64,000 nt of DNA from contig NW_013657664.1 of assembly GCF_000142905.1 (NCBI RefSeq), forward strand, positions 186,001-250,000. Direction: 5' to 3'. Shown one piece after another: positions 33,603-45,700 of the stretch. Each line of letters begins with the position of its first letter. Position 1 is the first letter of the stretch. The translations under genes and the position numbers were made by a program. The DNA comes from Thecamonas trahens ATCC 50062 (Eukaryota > Protista > Apusomonadida). The notes under the pieces were generated by a model. It ran no database searches and was not told the origin of the DNA. It saw only the letters and a list, made by a program, of their open reading frames with translations.

Positions 33603-33835
33603 CGAGAGGCGTGAGCGCGCGCGATAGCGAAAGTGGGCGCAGTTGAGAGAGAGAGTGAGAGTGAGAGAGAGAGAGAGAGGGGGGGGGGGGGCACTACCAC
33701 GGACACCGATGGCAGACGGTGAGAAGCGAAAAGCCCGCCAAGTCAAACCCAACTCCACCCCCACCTCCTCCTTCACCCCTCACACCCACCCTCACCCACA
33801 GCCTACATCCCCTCTCACACCACACCACACGGCTT

Positions 33836-34692
33836 ATGGCAGCGTATTCGTCGGGGATGGACCCGGACATTGCATACACTGTCCGGGTGGTGGTCATTGG
33901 AGGTAGGCTGCCCCCTTCACCCTCTTCGCCCTCCCTCCGAGCCCCCCCCCCCCCACACACACACTCATCCATCACCTCGTCTCTGATGGCGACATGGCCC
34001 CGGCTACACAGATCCAAGCGTGGGAAAGTCGAGCGTGGTGCGAAGGCTAGCAACAGGAATGTTCTCGGAGAACCACATTGCCACCATCGGGGCAGAGTTC
34101 CACAACGTGGTGCTGGAGGTCCCGATCCCGCCCGAGAATGCGCCCGTCGCTGTCCGAGTCCAACTGTGGGATACGGCCGGCCAGGAGCGGTATCGATCTG
34201 TGGCACCAGCATACTATCGCGGTGCACCAGCAGTGATTGTCATGTACAACGTGTGTGCAAAGTCGTCGTTCACGGCAGTCGCCTCGTGGCTCAGCGAAGC
34301 TGCCGCCCATCTCGGACACGACGGCGCGGTGTTTGCGCTCATGGGCAACAAGATCGATCTTGCTGACGCATCGGGCGTCGGCTTGCGCGAGGTGAGCCGT
34401 GACGATGGCGAGGCGCTCGCTGCCGCGCACGGTATGCTCTTTGCTGAGACGTCGGCCAAGACCGGGGCCGGCGTGGCGGACGCATACGTCGCGGTCGCGG
34501 CTGCAGTTCTCGCCGACGAGGACGCGCGCGACCGATGTACAGCGCAGCGGCACGGGGCCAGGGCCTCGGGGATCTCCATCCCCCGCCGCCGAGAAAAGGC
34601 GTGGATACGCGCCCCTGGCGGGCCTGCGTGTGGTTGGTGACGATGGCGAGGCTGCTGCCGAGGCCGAAGACGCGGGCGGATGCTGCTTCTGA
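33836..34692 (+). CDS. Rab GTPase; intron 33903-34011; +1 frameshift near 34582, C-terminus GGCCF
   Basis: GDPSVGKS, TIGAEF, WDTAGQERY, YYRGA, GNKID, ETSAK; removing one C from the C5 run yields a di-cysteine prenylation tail. Confidence 0.93.
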
Positions 34693-34784
34693 CGAGAAGG
34701 GTAAGGTAAGGGGGGACAACAAAGAGCGATGCGGGGTTTGTGCAAAGGGCTATGTGGAGGGCGTGCGCAGCTTGGGCAGGTGGA

Positions 34785-37700
34785 TCAGCGGAAGGAAGCC
34801 GAGTCGTCTGCCGGCGGCGAGATGTCGCGGGCAACCTTGGTGTTGAGCGGCGCGGTGGCGCGGAGCATGCCGAGGACACCGTCGTTGACGGAGCGGACGT
34901 AGGCGGCACGCGAAAGAAGGTAGCGTGAGGGCTCGTCCGAGGCCTTGGCCTCCGAAGCCTCGTCAACGTTGAGGGCGTGGTAGGCAAAGTCGAGGGCGTT
35001 GAACAGGTCGGCCTGCTCCATGAGGTAGACGAGGGCGAGGCCGCCGAAGCAAAAGCCGTCGCCGAAGATGTCCATGGGCGCAAACTTGGCGTCGCCGCGC
35101 GGCGGAAGGCAGAACGTGAACTGGAGGGCGGACCAGAGGCGGTAGAGCTCGTACGAGGTGTCGACCGAGACGAGGCCGTTCTCGGACGGCGGGCCCATCC
35201 ACTCGTTGCGGTGCGGGTCGATGCCCTTGGCCATGTCGAGGAGGACGTAGCGGGTGAGCGAGGCATTGTTGAGCTCAAACTGGTAGAGGCGGACGGCTGC
35301 AATGGCGTCCTGCGGCAGCTCGGAGAAGAGCGAGGTGTTGATGGTGGCCTCGATGGTGGAGCGGATGCCGGCAATGGTGGAGGCGAGGTGCTCGTCGTTA
35401 AAGCCAAAGTTGGTGAGCGGCGAGGCGTCGACAAACGGCGCGAGCCGTGTAAAGCCAAGGGTGGCGCGCTCGTGGGCGAGCGAGTCGAGGATGGTAAAGA
35501 TGGCCAGCGAGTTGCCGATCTCGCGGAAGGCCTGGAAGACCTCCTGGATGCCGTCGTAGTTGACAATGGGGTCGAGCTTGGCCTCGAAGAAGCCGATGAC
35601 ACCGGCGGTTCCGTACGAGTGGCGCGGGAGAGTGGTCTGCTCGGGCATGCCGTCGAGGAGAGTGGTGATGTACGGCGCGGCCTTGTTCTCGAGCTGGCGG
35701 CGGATGTGGCCGACGAGCTCTGCGATGACGAGGCCCATACGATCGATGCCGACAATGTCAAAGAGAGCGCGGAAGTGTGGGATGCCGACAAACGACTTGG
35801 TCCGCATAAACACGGTGGCATATGCGTTGTTGAGCGTCCGGGTACCGAACTGGTGGGTGGGCGGGATCTTGGGCATGGGCACACGCTCGACGTCCTCACC
35901 AAACTGGACTGGCGCCCGGACAAAGCGCTCGGTCGTCGACGAGTACATCATGTTCGGCACGACGTCGTTGATGAGCTCAAAGACAGCGTGAAGGATGATG
36001 CGGCCGTGGAAAGAGACGAGCGACGACGAGTCGGCGGTGTCGTTGAGCATAACCTCGAACGGATCGAGAGTGACGTTGATGGACATGATGCGGTGCATCT
36101 CGCGGACGTTCTTGATCGACTCGAGGAGCTCGATGATGCCCGAGAACGGCTCAGCCTCAAACTTGGTGATGGCGTAGTCGAGGTTCTCGCGGAGCGCGTA
36201 GTTCATGCGCTGCGAGACGAGGGCCGAGAGGTCGATGGAGCGGCCGAGCAGCTGGCAGTGGCGCTGGCGGAGGAGGACCTCGAAGCGAGAGCGCGGGATG
36301 TCGAGGCGACCCGGCGGGAGCGTCGAGGCGAGGCGGGCGCGGTACTCCTGGTCGAGGAGGCGCGAGGCGGCCTGGACCTTGACGTGGTTAAAGTACGTCT
36401 CGGAGAGCTTGTACACGAGCTGGTCAAAGACAAGGTTGACTTCGGCCTCGACCTCGTTGTACATAAACTGCTGGCGGAGGGTGCGGAGGGCGACCTCGGC
36501 GGCGTCGTTGTAGAGGTCGAGCGGGTAGAGGACAAACTCGACCATGGCCGGGTTCTGCGCGTACGTCTGCAGGATGTGGTCGGCGAGGATCCACGGAAGC
36601 GACATCTCGATCGGGAACTGGTCGGCGTCGGCGAGCTCGAGGTAGAACTCGCGGTACCAGAGCATGGCAAGGTCGGTGACACCGCGGAGCGTGCCCTGAA
36701 AGTCGAGTACGTACGAGTAGAAGAACGAGCGCTCGTAGAACGACTTGAGGAGGGCAACGTGGTCGGGCTTGAGGTCCTTGGACTTGCCCTTGCGGTCGCC
36801 CGAGTACAGCGACGAGATGATACACCGCAGGAGCTGGAGCTGGGTCGGCGACGGGCCGGCGCAGCGCGACGGGATCTGCAGCTTGAACGGGTTCTTCTTG
36901 GTCACCTTCTTGCCGTCGACCATCGGATCCTTGGGCTCCTGCCCGTTGAGCCAGTCGGCGGCCATGGCGCGCATCTGCATCAGCGACGCCCGGATGAGCT
37001 TCTTCTTCTTGGTGGCGTGGAAGACGAGGTCGCGGAGCGACGACTGCACAAACTGCTGCATCTCGTCGTGGACCCGCCGGCGCATCATCTCCATCAGCAG
37101 CGAGTCAGCCCGAAGCATGACCTGCGAGAGACCCTTAATCTTGGCAATAACCTCAACGAGGCAGTACCGCTCACGCGAGTCGTAGTTGTACCGCACGACG
37201 CGCTCGTACTGGATGACGTCGTCCGGGTTGCGGTCCGCCGGCGTGTCGCCGTACGGGTTCGAGAACTTCCACGCCGCCTGCTCGAGCACCGCAGACGTCA
37301 TGTTTGACAGAATGCGGAAGCCCTTGAGGATGAGCCCGTACAGTAGCCGCGCAATCTTCTGCGACACCATCTTGCCCGCCCGCAGGATGCGTCGCACCTC
37401 GGTGATCCGCGCCGAAAAGTCGGCCAGGTACTCGTCGTGCAGCGACCGGAAGACCGGGAGCCGGTTGATGATGCAGTACTCGATGTTGAGCCGCTCGTTC
37501 TCGTACGGCTTCTCCCAAACCTTGGGGTCAAAGTTGGAGCACCGTTCGATGAACGACGACGAGAGCATGGCCATGTCACCGTACAGCGGGAGCACAGGGT
37601 AGCGCTTGAGCAGCCGCGCATAGTCGAGGACCTTAAACTCCTTGGTCTTGAACGCGTTGTTTGGTGCCGCAGGATCCTGAGAGTCGTACAGGAAGATCGA

Positions 37701-38949
37701 AAACGGAATGACCCGCAGCAACGCGTGCTTCTCCTCGGGGTAGAGGAACAGGTTGCCGGTCCACCGCTGGAGGCAGTGCTCGAGAATGAGCACAAGCACC
37801 GTTGTGTACCGCGAGACCTGCGGGAGCTTCTGCTTGAGCGTGTTGGTGATGATGTTCTGGTTCGCCAGGAACAGGTACATCTCCTGGTTGTCCAGTGTCT
37901 GGTCCGTCAGGCCCGACGCCTCGAGGTTCTTGCGGAGAAAGCCGTACGCCCGCTTGTAGAACGAGAGGTCGTTGTTGCACCCCTTCATGTTCTTGAGCGC
38001 GTCGAGCTTCGACAGCAGGTCCAGCAGCAGCACCAGCTTCCAGATCAGTGTGTCCGACGACGATGTCGTCCGCCCAGAGCTCTTCTTGCCGCCCACAGAG
38101 TCGGCCGCGAGCTTCTCAAACTCCTCCAGAAGAAAGTCGATGCACTCGTTGACAAAGGAGAACAGGTTCTTGAGCTTGTTGATCTGAGGCTCCAGAACCC
38201 GGAATGTGTTCTGGTACAGCTCCACCTTGTTCTCCTGGTCCTGCGACTTGACTTGCGGCACAGACTTGGAGCACGAGCGGTACGTGTACAGCAGCGCAAT
38301 GAACCCGGTGCCGCGCTCGAGCATCGAGTCGATCCTCGCCATCGTCCCTGCCTCGTCCACAAAGTCCGTCTGGTACCCCTCGCGGTCCGCAAAGTTGTAC
38401 GACGACGCAGACCCGTACGAGATCGGGAAGTTTGGTCCTGCGCGTCATGTCACATTCCCGCCCCCGCCCCCGTCTCGTCTTCCGTGAGTCACCCACGTGC
38501 ACCCGCGCCGCCTCGCGTTGCGCGGTCGCCTCGCCCAAATGAAGGCCAACCGAAATTTGACGAACACCCCCGTGTCCACCCGGCGGTGCCGGCACTTCCT
38601 CCACAGCTGCCAGCTCCCTGCCAGCCCCGACACACCTGGCCTCCGGGCAGGGCACCCTTTGCCACATAGTCTGTAACCCTCCGTGCTGGCCTCCTCACCC
38701 CATCCACAATTGCCTGGCGCTTGCCCCCGCACGCCTGACGACCGACTGCCGTTTTTTTGACGCCTCGAGCCAGCCAGCGCAGAGGTGCGCTCCCACCACC
38801 ACCACCCACCACCCACCACCACTACCACCAGCTTGCAAGCACACGGGACCTGCACACGTACCTTCAACATTGGGCGTGTCGTCAGGGAGGATGAACCGGT
38901 CGAAGCCCCGGATGTAGTTGAGCGCTTCTCCGCCCTGGTCAGCAGCCAT
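34785..38949 (-). CDS. CYFIP: CYFIP/Sra1/PIR121 (WAVE regulatory complex subunit); exons 38949-38862, 38437-34785
   Basis: LYTYRSCSK, LDALKNMK, NDLSFYKRA, PLYGDM, LWYREFYLEL, QFPIEMSLPWIL, YNEVEAEVNLVFDQLVYKL, LLGRSIDL, RLWSALQF. Confidence 0.97.
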
Positions 38950-39217
38950 GACTGGTTGTTGTCGAGAGACGAGCGTGGCCGTCGTCGCTGGCGTTGCTGA
39001 CAGCAACTTGCTGTTGGCGTTGGGATTCGCCGACTGCCGACCGCCGCCGACCGCCGGCCACTGACCGCAGCACGTCTACCCACCTCCACCCGCTCCAAAG
39101 CGCGGCTAACTGACCATCTAACCCGGGAGCACAGTCGAAAGAGTTGGGATTAAGGCTGAGATAGGGATTCAGATCGAGTCAAGGCATATGACAGAGGATG
39201 CTAGAGGCGATGATGAC

Positions 39218-40081
39218 TCACGTCCTCGGCGCCGGCTCCAGCTCGGGCTCAGGATGAGGCCCAGGCTCGGTCTCAGGCTCGGTCTCAGCCAAGACAAGAT
39301 CGGGGCAATGGGCGTAAAGCGCGATGGTACGGCCCCACGGTGTGACGCCCAGCACCGCGGTTTGAGTAAGACCGACGGTGTCAGTGAGGTACTCCGCGAC
39401 GTACTCCTCGATGTTGTTGCGGATGGTCATCGCGGCATAGGCGGCTGGTGGCGGAAGACCCTTGCGACGGAGCCTGCTGCGACACTTGCGGTAGTTGTCC
39501 CAAGTGTGAGTCTCGAGGACCAGAGTTGCGCCCAGGCTGCCCAGCTTGGCCAGGAACGCTCGCAGTCCGTCGTCACCGGCATTAACGTGGATCCACATGA
39601 CCAACCCAAAGCAGAAAACCACATCGAACGGCGGCGAGGCGCCGTCAGTCGGCACCTCGCCACCTCTTGCGGCGAGCAGCGTGTCCTCAACGCCGTCGGC
39701 CAAGATGTCACCAGCCAGAAAGGCAAAGCTGAGCCCGGCCGCCGCGTCGCCGTTGCGCCCGGCCACCAGTGTCTCGGCCCGCGCCACCAGGCTGGCATCG
39801 ACGTCAATGCCAACCGCGTGCACCGCTCGTCCCGAGCTCTCCGCCACCCTTTCAGCCACCGCCACCGTCAAATCACCGGCGTTGCACCCAAGATCGAGCA
39901 TGTACAGCGGGCGCTCGCCGTCGCCGGCGGCCTCGGCCACCAGCACGCCGACGGCTCTCGGCACAAACGGCAGCCGCTTAGACGGCGGATTGAACTGCGC
40001 ATCATAGTAGCGAGGAAAGTTGCCGAAAAAGTGTCCTCCCGTCGTGTCCTCCTCCACACTCTGCGGCGGAGCCTCACTCAT
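39218..40081 (-). CDS. Bin3-family RNA 5'-phosphate methyltransferase (BCDIN3D-like)
   Basis: FGNFPRYY, LDLGCNAGDLT, FDVVFCFGLVMWIHVNAGDDGL, LETHTWDNY. Confidence 0.88.
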   Translation of the reverse strand: MSEAPPQSVEEDTTGGHFFGNFPRYYDAQFNPPSKRLPFVPRAVGVLVAEAAGDGERPLYMLDLGCNAGDLTVAVAERVAESSGRAVHAVGIDVDASLVARAETLVAGRNGDAAAGLSFAFLAGDILADGVEDTLLAARGGEVPTDGASPPFDVVFCFGLVMWIHVNAGDDGLRAFLAKLGSLGATLVLETHTWDNYRKCRSRLRRKGLPPPAAYAAMTIRNNIEEYVAEYLTDTVGLTQTAVLGVTPWGRTIALYAHCPDLVLAETEPETEPGPHPEPELEPAPRT

Positions 40082-40544
40082 GGCTTGCGAGAGGTGCCGC
40101 TCTCCGAGCCCCGGGCGTCCGAGTGGCCCGATCGCGATCACGCTCGGCCGAGGGTGGGGAGATTGTCCTGGCAACGGACCAACCATCCTTGATGTACATG
40201 ACTATTTCATGTACTTGAGCCCATGCTTGGGTGTTGATGTAGGCAGTCGCTTACTCTGAGGCGACTGAGTATGCCCGAATCGCTCGCGATGGACATCGGC
40301 CTTGTCTAGCATCTGCCCAGTGGTGCACACCGCCGCCTTGCACCCTCCCGCGCCCTCACCCACACCCACACACACACATCATCATCGGTGGCGCCCACGC
40401 ACACACCACTCACCACAGTCAGCTCAATCTCATCACCAAACGCTCTCTGGCTCACCTTCTATCAACTCGCTGCTGCTGCTGCCTCCTGCAACTGTCGCTA
40501 CCCACAAGACAGGCCTATGGCTCGTCGAGGCTACGGCGGGGGGC

Positions 40545-41811
40545 ATGGCCGAGCCTGGCCGAATCTGAGAAGGAGGCTGGGCCTGTGCTGTCGGCTGTGA
40601 CCAGCGATGATCACGTACTGCTGTTAGATGCGGCCGCATTGCGGGAGGTCATGACCTGCCCCATCTGCAAGGACGTCCTAGACTGTCCGCAGGCCATCAA
40701 GAACTGTTTGCATCGGTTCTGCAAGGTCTGCCTCGCCACCTCGCTCCGCGTTGCCAAGAAAGAGTGCCCTGTCTGCCGCCAGCACTGCATCTCGAAGCGG
40801 GCAGCCCGCGATGATGACCTCCTCCGCTGCTTGGTCGAGGATCTTACGTTTCGGGCTCCTCCGCCGCCGGCTGAGTCCACCCGCCGCCGCGCACGCAACC
40901 TCGTCGCTCCGCCGTCAGGATCGCCGTACCCGCCGTCGATCTCTGCCACCGCAGGTCTTGCACCAGCCATTGCCAAGTCAGTCCGTGCCTTTCAGGCCGC
41001 TACGCTGCAGCACCGCCAGCAACAGCAAAGCAACGACTCGTTCTTTAAGCAAAAGGAGGCCGTCTCTGATGACGACGATATGGTGCCATACTCGGCTCCG
41101 GGCCGCTCTCGGCCGACAACGTCATCACGGGCAACATCCGCAATCCGATCACGCCCTTTGCACTCTAGGGTGCATGCCAGCAGTCACAGCTTGGCCGACG
41201 CCTCGCCAGCTTCAGCTGATGGCCGGTCTGGCCTCTCGTCAGCGCCGGGCTTGCCGATCCCACCGTCACCGGCGTCGGCTGCTAACTCGCGCAAACGTCG
41301 GCCCGCTACTGGGCCCGACAGGCAGCAGTCGAGCGCCAAGCGCCAGCACATTCTCGCCCGTCCACGCGCCGACTCGCCGCAGCCTGCCGTGTCAAGTCGT
41401 CACATCGACATCGCCTCGCTCCGGAACTCGATCAAGCCTGCGTCGGTGCTTGGCAGGATGATGACCGAGGCGCCGCCGCCCGAATCCTGCATCCTGCTGG
41501 ATGCGCCGCAGCGCGCGCCGCCTGGCCAATCCCAACCAATCCCACTGGTCTTTAAGGTAATCATTCGCGGCGTCGAGTCGTTTGAAGGGCAAAGCCTCTG
41601 GGTCAGCACCTCATCCGAGACAACCGTCGACGAAGCCATGCGCGCCGTCGCAGTCCGCGTCGGCATGCGTGGCGTCGCCTACCGCCGACACAAGATGCGA
41701 ACCTCATCTGGCAACATCCAAATCGACTACTCCATGACAATGGCGGCCTTTCTCAACACTTGCCGCACGCAAGACGTCCCGTTCTCGCTCACCTTCCGGC
41801 CACAGAAGTAG
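40545..41811 (+). CDS. RING1: RING1/RNF2-like E3 ligase (RING + RAWUL); start inferred across a possible +1 frameshift near 40554
   Basis: CPICKDVL..KNCLHRFCKVC..SLR..KKECPVCR..SKR..RDD; C-terminal LVFK..STSSETTVD..AVR..TSSG..S..PFSLTFRP resembles the RING1B RAWUL. Confidence 0.8.
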
Positions 41812-41824
41812 CAACAAGGCTCGC

Positions 41825-42445
41825 TCACCCAAACTTGTTGAAATAGCTCCATGAGAAAAGCGACCACGGCATCATGGGATTGAACAAGTAGCCAGCCTTG
41901 AGCTGGACAGTGAGGCAGAGGAGCGAGACCATCACGAGCATGCCGCACACCAGCGGAAGCATCCACACCTGCGCCGAGGACGCCCGCTCCGCATCGCGCC
42001 GGCTGCGTTTGCCCCCGCGCGCCACCCGCGGTGGATCAAGCAGCGCCCACACAATGCCCACAAGCGCTAGATTGAGCCCGCTCACCCACAGCGTCTCCAG
42101 ACCCAGCTGGAAGCCTCGCGACGGGTACATGAACATCAGCCCGCCGTCACGACCGCCGGCCACCAGCGGCGCGCCGCGGATGACCACAAACGGAAGCCCA
42201 GCCATGCACGCCAGCATGCCCACCACACAGCCCAGCAGCACCAACGTCTCAGCCGCACCATGCTTGTCCACCTTCCTCCACCCTGCCGCCACCATGGCGT
42301 TGAGCCCGGCCACCGGATCCGCCTCTGCGCCCACCTCCAGGCCACGACCAACAGTGTTGCCACTTTCACCACCGCCACCCTCACCGCCAACCTCACCGCC
42401 ACTGCGCCGACCACCAGTTCCTCTGCTTCTGCTCTTGGAACCCAT
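41825..42445 (-). CDS. OST3/OST6-family (OSTC/DC2-like) oligosaccharyltransferase membrane subunit; start uncertain
   Basis: AG..F..IRGAP...FQLGLET...K.GY, three TM segments, no thioredoxin domain seen. Confidence 0.7.
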   Translation of the reverse strand: MGSKSRSRGTGGRRSGGEVGGEGGGGESGNTVGRGLEVGAEADPVAGLNAMVAAGWRKVDKHGAAETLVLLGCVVGMLACMAGLPFVVIRGAPLVAGGRDGGLMFMYPSRGFQLGLETLWVSGLNLALVGIVWALLDPPRVARGGKRSRRDAERASSAQVWMLPLVCGMLVMVSLLCLTVQLKAGYLFNPMMPWSLFSWSYFNKFG

Positions 42446-42707
42446 AGTCTCCCCTGAAGACAAAGGTAAAGTCAGGTGCTTATCACAATCCACAGTCCCG
42501 GCTTCAGGCCACAGCCACAGAGAGCCGCTCGGCTGTCTGCCCATCGCCGTTCCCTGTGGCGACTCACCCGCCTCACCAAAGCCACTGCTACTGCCACTAC
42601 ACCTACGCCTACGCCTACGCCTGCACCTCAGCCACTTCACCCCACCCCACCCCACCCCCCACCCACCACCACCACCACCACCTCTCCTCTCCACCCCACT
42701 CCTCCCC

Positions 42708-45700
42708 ATGGTCCTCACTGCAGCCTTTGAGGGCCTACACCCCGCTGACGTGGCTGACTCCCGCGCCCGCTTTGGAAGCAATGCCCTCCCGCCGCCGGCC
42801 ACAGAGACCTTTATGGACAAGCTGAAGGGTAAGTGGTGGATGGCGTGCATGCTGCACTGCTTTCATGACTCTGTCATCTCCCTTCCCCTCCCCCTCCCCT
42901 CGGTCCTCCCACTCACCTCGCACTCATCGCATGGACAGACAACTTTGACGACCCGCTCATCCGGATTCTCTGCTTGGCTCTGCTGGTGACGATGGGGCTG
43001 GCGGTGCTCGGCTACGCCGACTTTGTCGAGGGCGTCGGCATCGCTGCTGCCGTCTTTGTTGCCACCTTTGTTGCCACCTACTCTGAGTATCGCAACGAGG
43101 CCTCGTTCCAAGCGCTGCAGGCCCAGGCGTCGCGCATCACGGTCTCGGCCTTTCGCGCAGGTGCAGGCCTCGCTGTCATCCCCATCGACGACGTGGTGGT
43201 CGGCGACTACGTGCTGCTGCAGGCCGGCGATGCTGCGCCTGCCGATGGCGTTCTTGTCTCGGGCTCGCTCCATGTCTCACAGCAGTCGCTCACCGGCGAG
43301 CCCGGTACCATGCACAAGGTCGCACCGCTGTCAGACCACGCTCTCGGGAACGGTGCGCTCTCGCTGGCTCATCCGTCGTGTGTCTTCCGCGGCTCACTAG
43401 TGACCGAGGGCGAAGCTGTTCTTCACGTTCGCGCCGTTGGTGTGGCCACTGTTTACGGGAAGGCTGCCGCCGACATGGGCGCCGACTCTGGCCGTCTCGC
43501 CCCGCTGCAGGTCAAGCTCGGCCACCTTGCCGACATCATTGCCCGCCTCGGCTACATTGGCGCTGCCGCTATCGCCGTCTCGTTCCTCTTTAAGCAAGTC
43601 ATTATGGACAACGGATACTCACTGGCCGGCGCCATGGCCTACCTCAGCACCTGGTCGGTTGCGCTCCACGACATTGTCACCTCGCTCATCTTGGCCATCA
43701 TCGTGGTAGTTGTTGCTGTTCCCGAGGGTCTGCCCATGATGATTGCCATCGTCCTCTCGCTCAACATGCGCAAGCTTCTTGCCCGCAATGTCCTTGTTCG
43801 CAGGCTCATCGGCATCGAGACCGCAGGCTGCATGGACCTGCTCCTCGTCGACAAGACCGGGACCCTCACCCACGGCACCTTTGTCCCGTGCGTTTTGCAC
43901 GCACCCGACGGCGAGCCCTATCCCTCGTATGCCGCCCTCCCGCCCCATCTTGCCCGCCTCACCGCCTTTACCATCCTGCACTCGACCTCGGCAGTGGTCT
44001 CCTCCTCGGCAGGCTCGCCTGTTCCGGTCATTGCCGGCGGAAATCCGACCGATCGCGCCCTGCTGCGCTTCTTGCCGGACTCGCTGCTGACTCAGGCCGC
44101 TCGTCGCGACGAGGGTGCCCGAGTCATTGACCAAGTCCTTTTTCGTCGTTGCACAAGTTTTCGGCGATCCAGCTTGCGGTCTCTGCCGATGACCGCGCCC
44201 TCTTCCGTGGTGTGGCCGGGAGCAGTGCTGGCGGCGGCACTCCATCGCGCACCAGCTTGTCGTCCGAGTCGATTACGCTCATCAAGGGCGCGTCTGAAGT
44301 CATCGTCCTGTCCTGCACCCATTGCTACACGCGCGCTGGAGACGTCGTTCCTTTTGATGCTGAGCGCCGCGCTCGCCTCCTGGACGCTGTCACTGCCGCC
44401 GCTGCCGACGGCACTCGGTTTCTGGCGCTGGCTGCCACGTCGGCGGCTGTCAAGCCGCACTTTTACACCTCGTCCCCCGGCAGCTCTGACGACAATGGTA
44501 CCAGCGACACTCCGCGCTATGCTGTTCCATCCGGGTGTATCCTAGTTGGCGTCGTTGGCATGACCGATACCCTTCGCCCCGAAGCACCGCGAGCAGTCGC
44601 GCTCGCCCAACGCGCCGGTATCCAGGTCGTCATGATCACCGGCGACCGGCTAGAGACTGCTGCCGCGGTTGCGACCAAGGCCGGCCTCCTCGACGCCAAC
44701 GCCATGCCGGAGCAGCCGCTCAAAGCCCACGCTTTTGATCCGGCTTACTCGACTAGCCCGCTGCTCACGTCTGCGCAGTTGGCGCAACTCTCGGACGCTG
44801 AGCTCACCGAGCGGCTGCCGCACCTCCGCGTCGTGGCGCGGGCGCTGCCGTCGGACAAGTCGCGTCTTGTGCGTGTTGCACAGGCGTCGCGGAGGCCTCG
44901 CCTGGTGGGGCACGCGGAGCCAGTGCCACAGCCGCGGGGACTCCGAGCCTGGCTCGCGGCGCTGCTGTTTGGTCAGGCGCCGGTGCGGCCGTCGTCGCGC
45001 GGCATCGACGCGCTGGAAGCTGGACTGACCAGCCCCGGTGTCTTGCAGTCGCGGAGCTCGTCAGTCCGAGTCGTCGGCATGTCTGGCGACGGCATTAATG
45101 ACACTGCTGCGCTCAAGCTCGCCGACGTGTCGTTTGCCATGGGCTCCGGCTCGGAAATCGCCAAGGAGGCATCGGACGTTGTCATTCTCGACAACAACAT
45201 CCAATCGATCCTCAACGCCACCCTCTACGGGCGTACCATCTACACCTCGATCCTCAAGTTTATCGTCTTTCAGTCCACCGTCAACGTGGCCTCGACCGTC
45301 ATCGTCTTCCTCGGCCCGTTCTGTGGCTTTGACTTTCCGCTCACCCTCATCCAGCTCCTCTGGGTCAACATGGTCATGGACACCCTGGCAGCGCTGGCCT
45401 TTGGCGGCGAGCCTGCGCTCGAAGCGTACATGGACGACGCGCCAATTTCGCGGTCGGCGCCGATTGTCACTGTTGACATGGCGGCGTCGTTCCTGGTCAA
45501 CGGCGCCTTTATTGCTCTTGCCGCCATTGCCTTTCTGGTCTGGGACCCAATTGTCGAGCTGTTCTCCCGGCGGCCGCCGTCTGGGGCGTACAGCTCAGCC
45601 GGCGGTGGTGACGCGGCCACCGCCAAGGTGGAGACGCCATCGGAGCTCGACGCCAAGGGCGGCCCGGTCTTTCTCACCGCCTTTTTCTCGTTCTTTATCT

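Noticed and set aside
34620-34640. Atypical Rab ending in CGW
   Set aside because: A one-base correction gives a normal GGCCF end at 34692.
34977-37307. 776-aa + strand ORF and many other long shadow ORFs
   Set aside because: Antisense or alternative-frame ORFs over real genes, expected at high GC; no domain motifs.
38636-38670. Extra small CYFIP exon
   Set aside because: Direct splicing of 38862 to 38437 already gives a frame-correct, CYFIP-like sequence.
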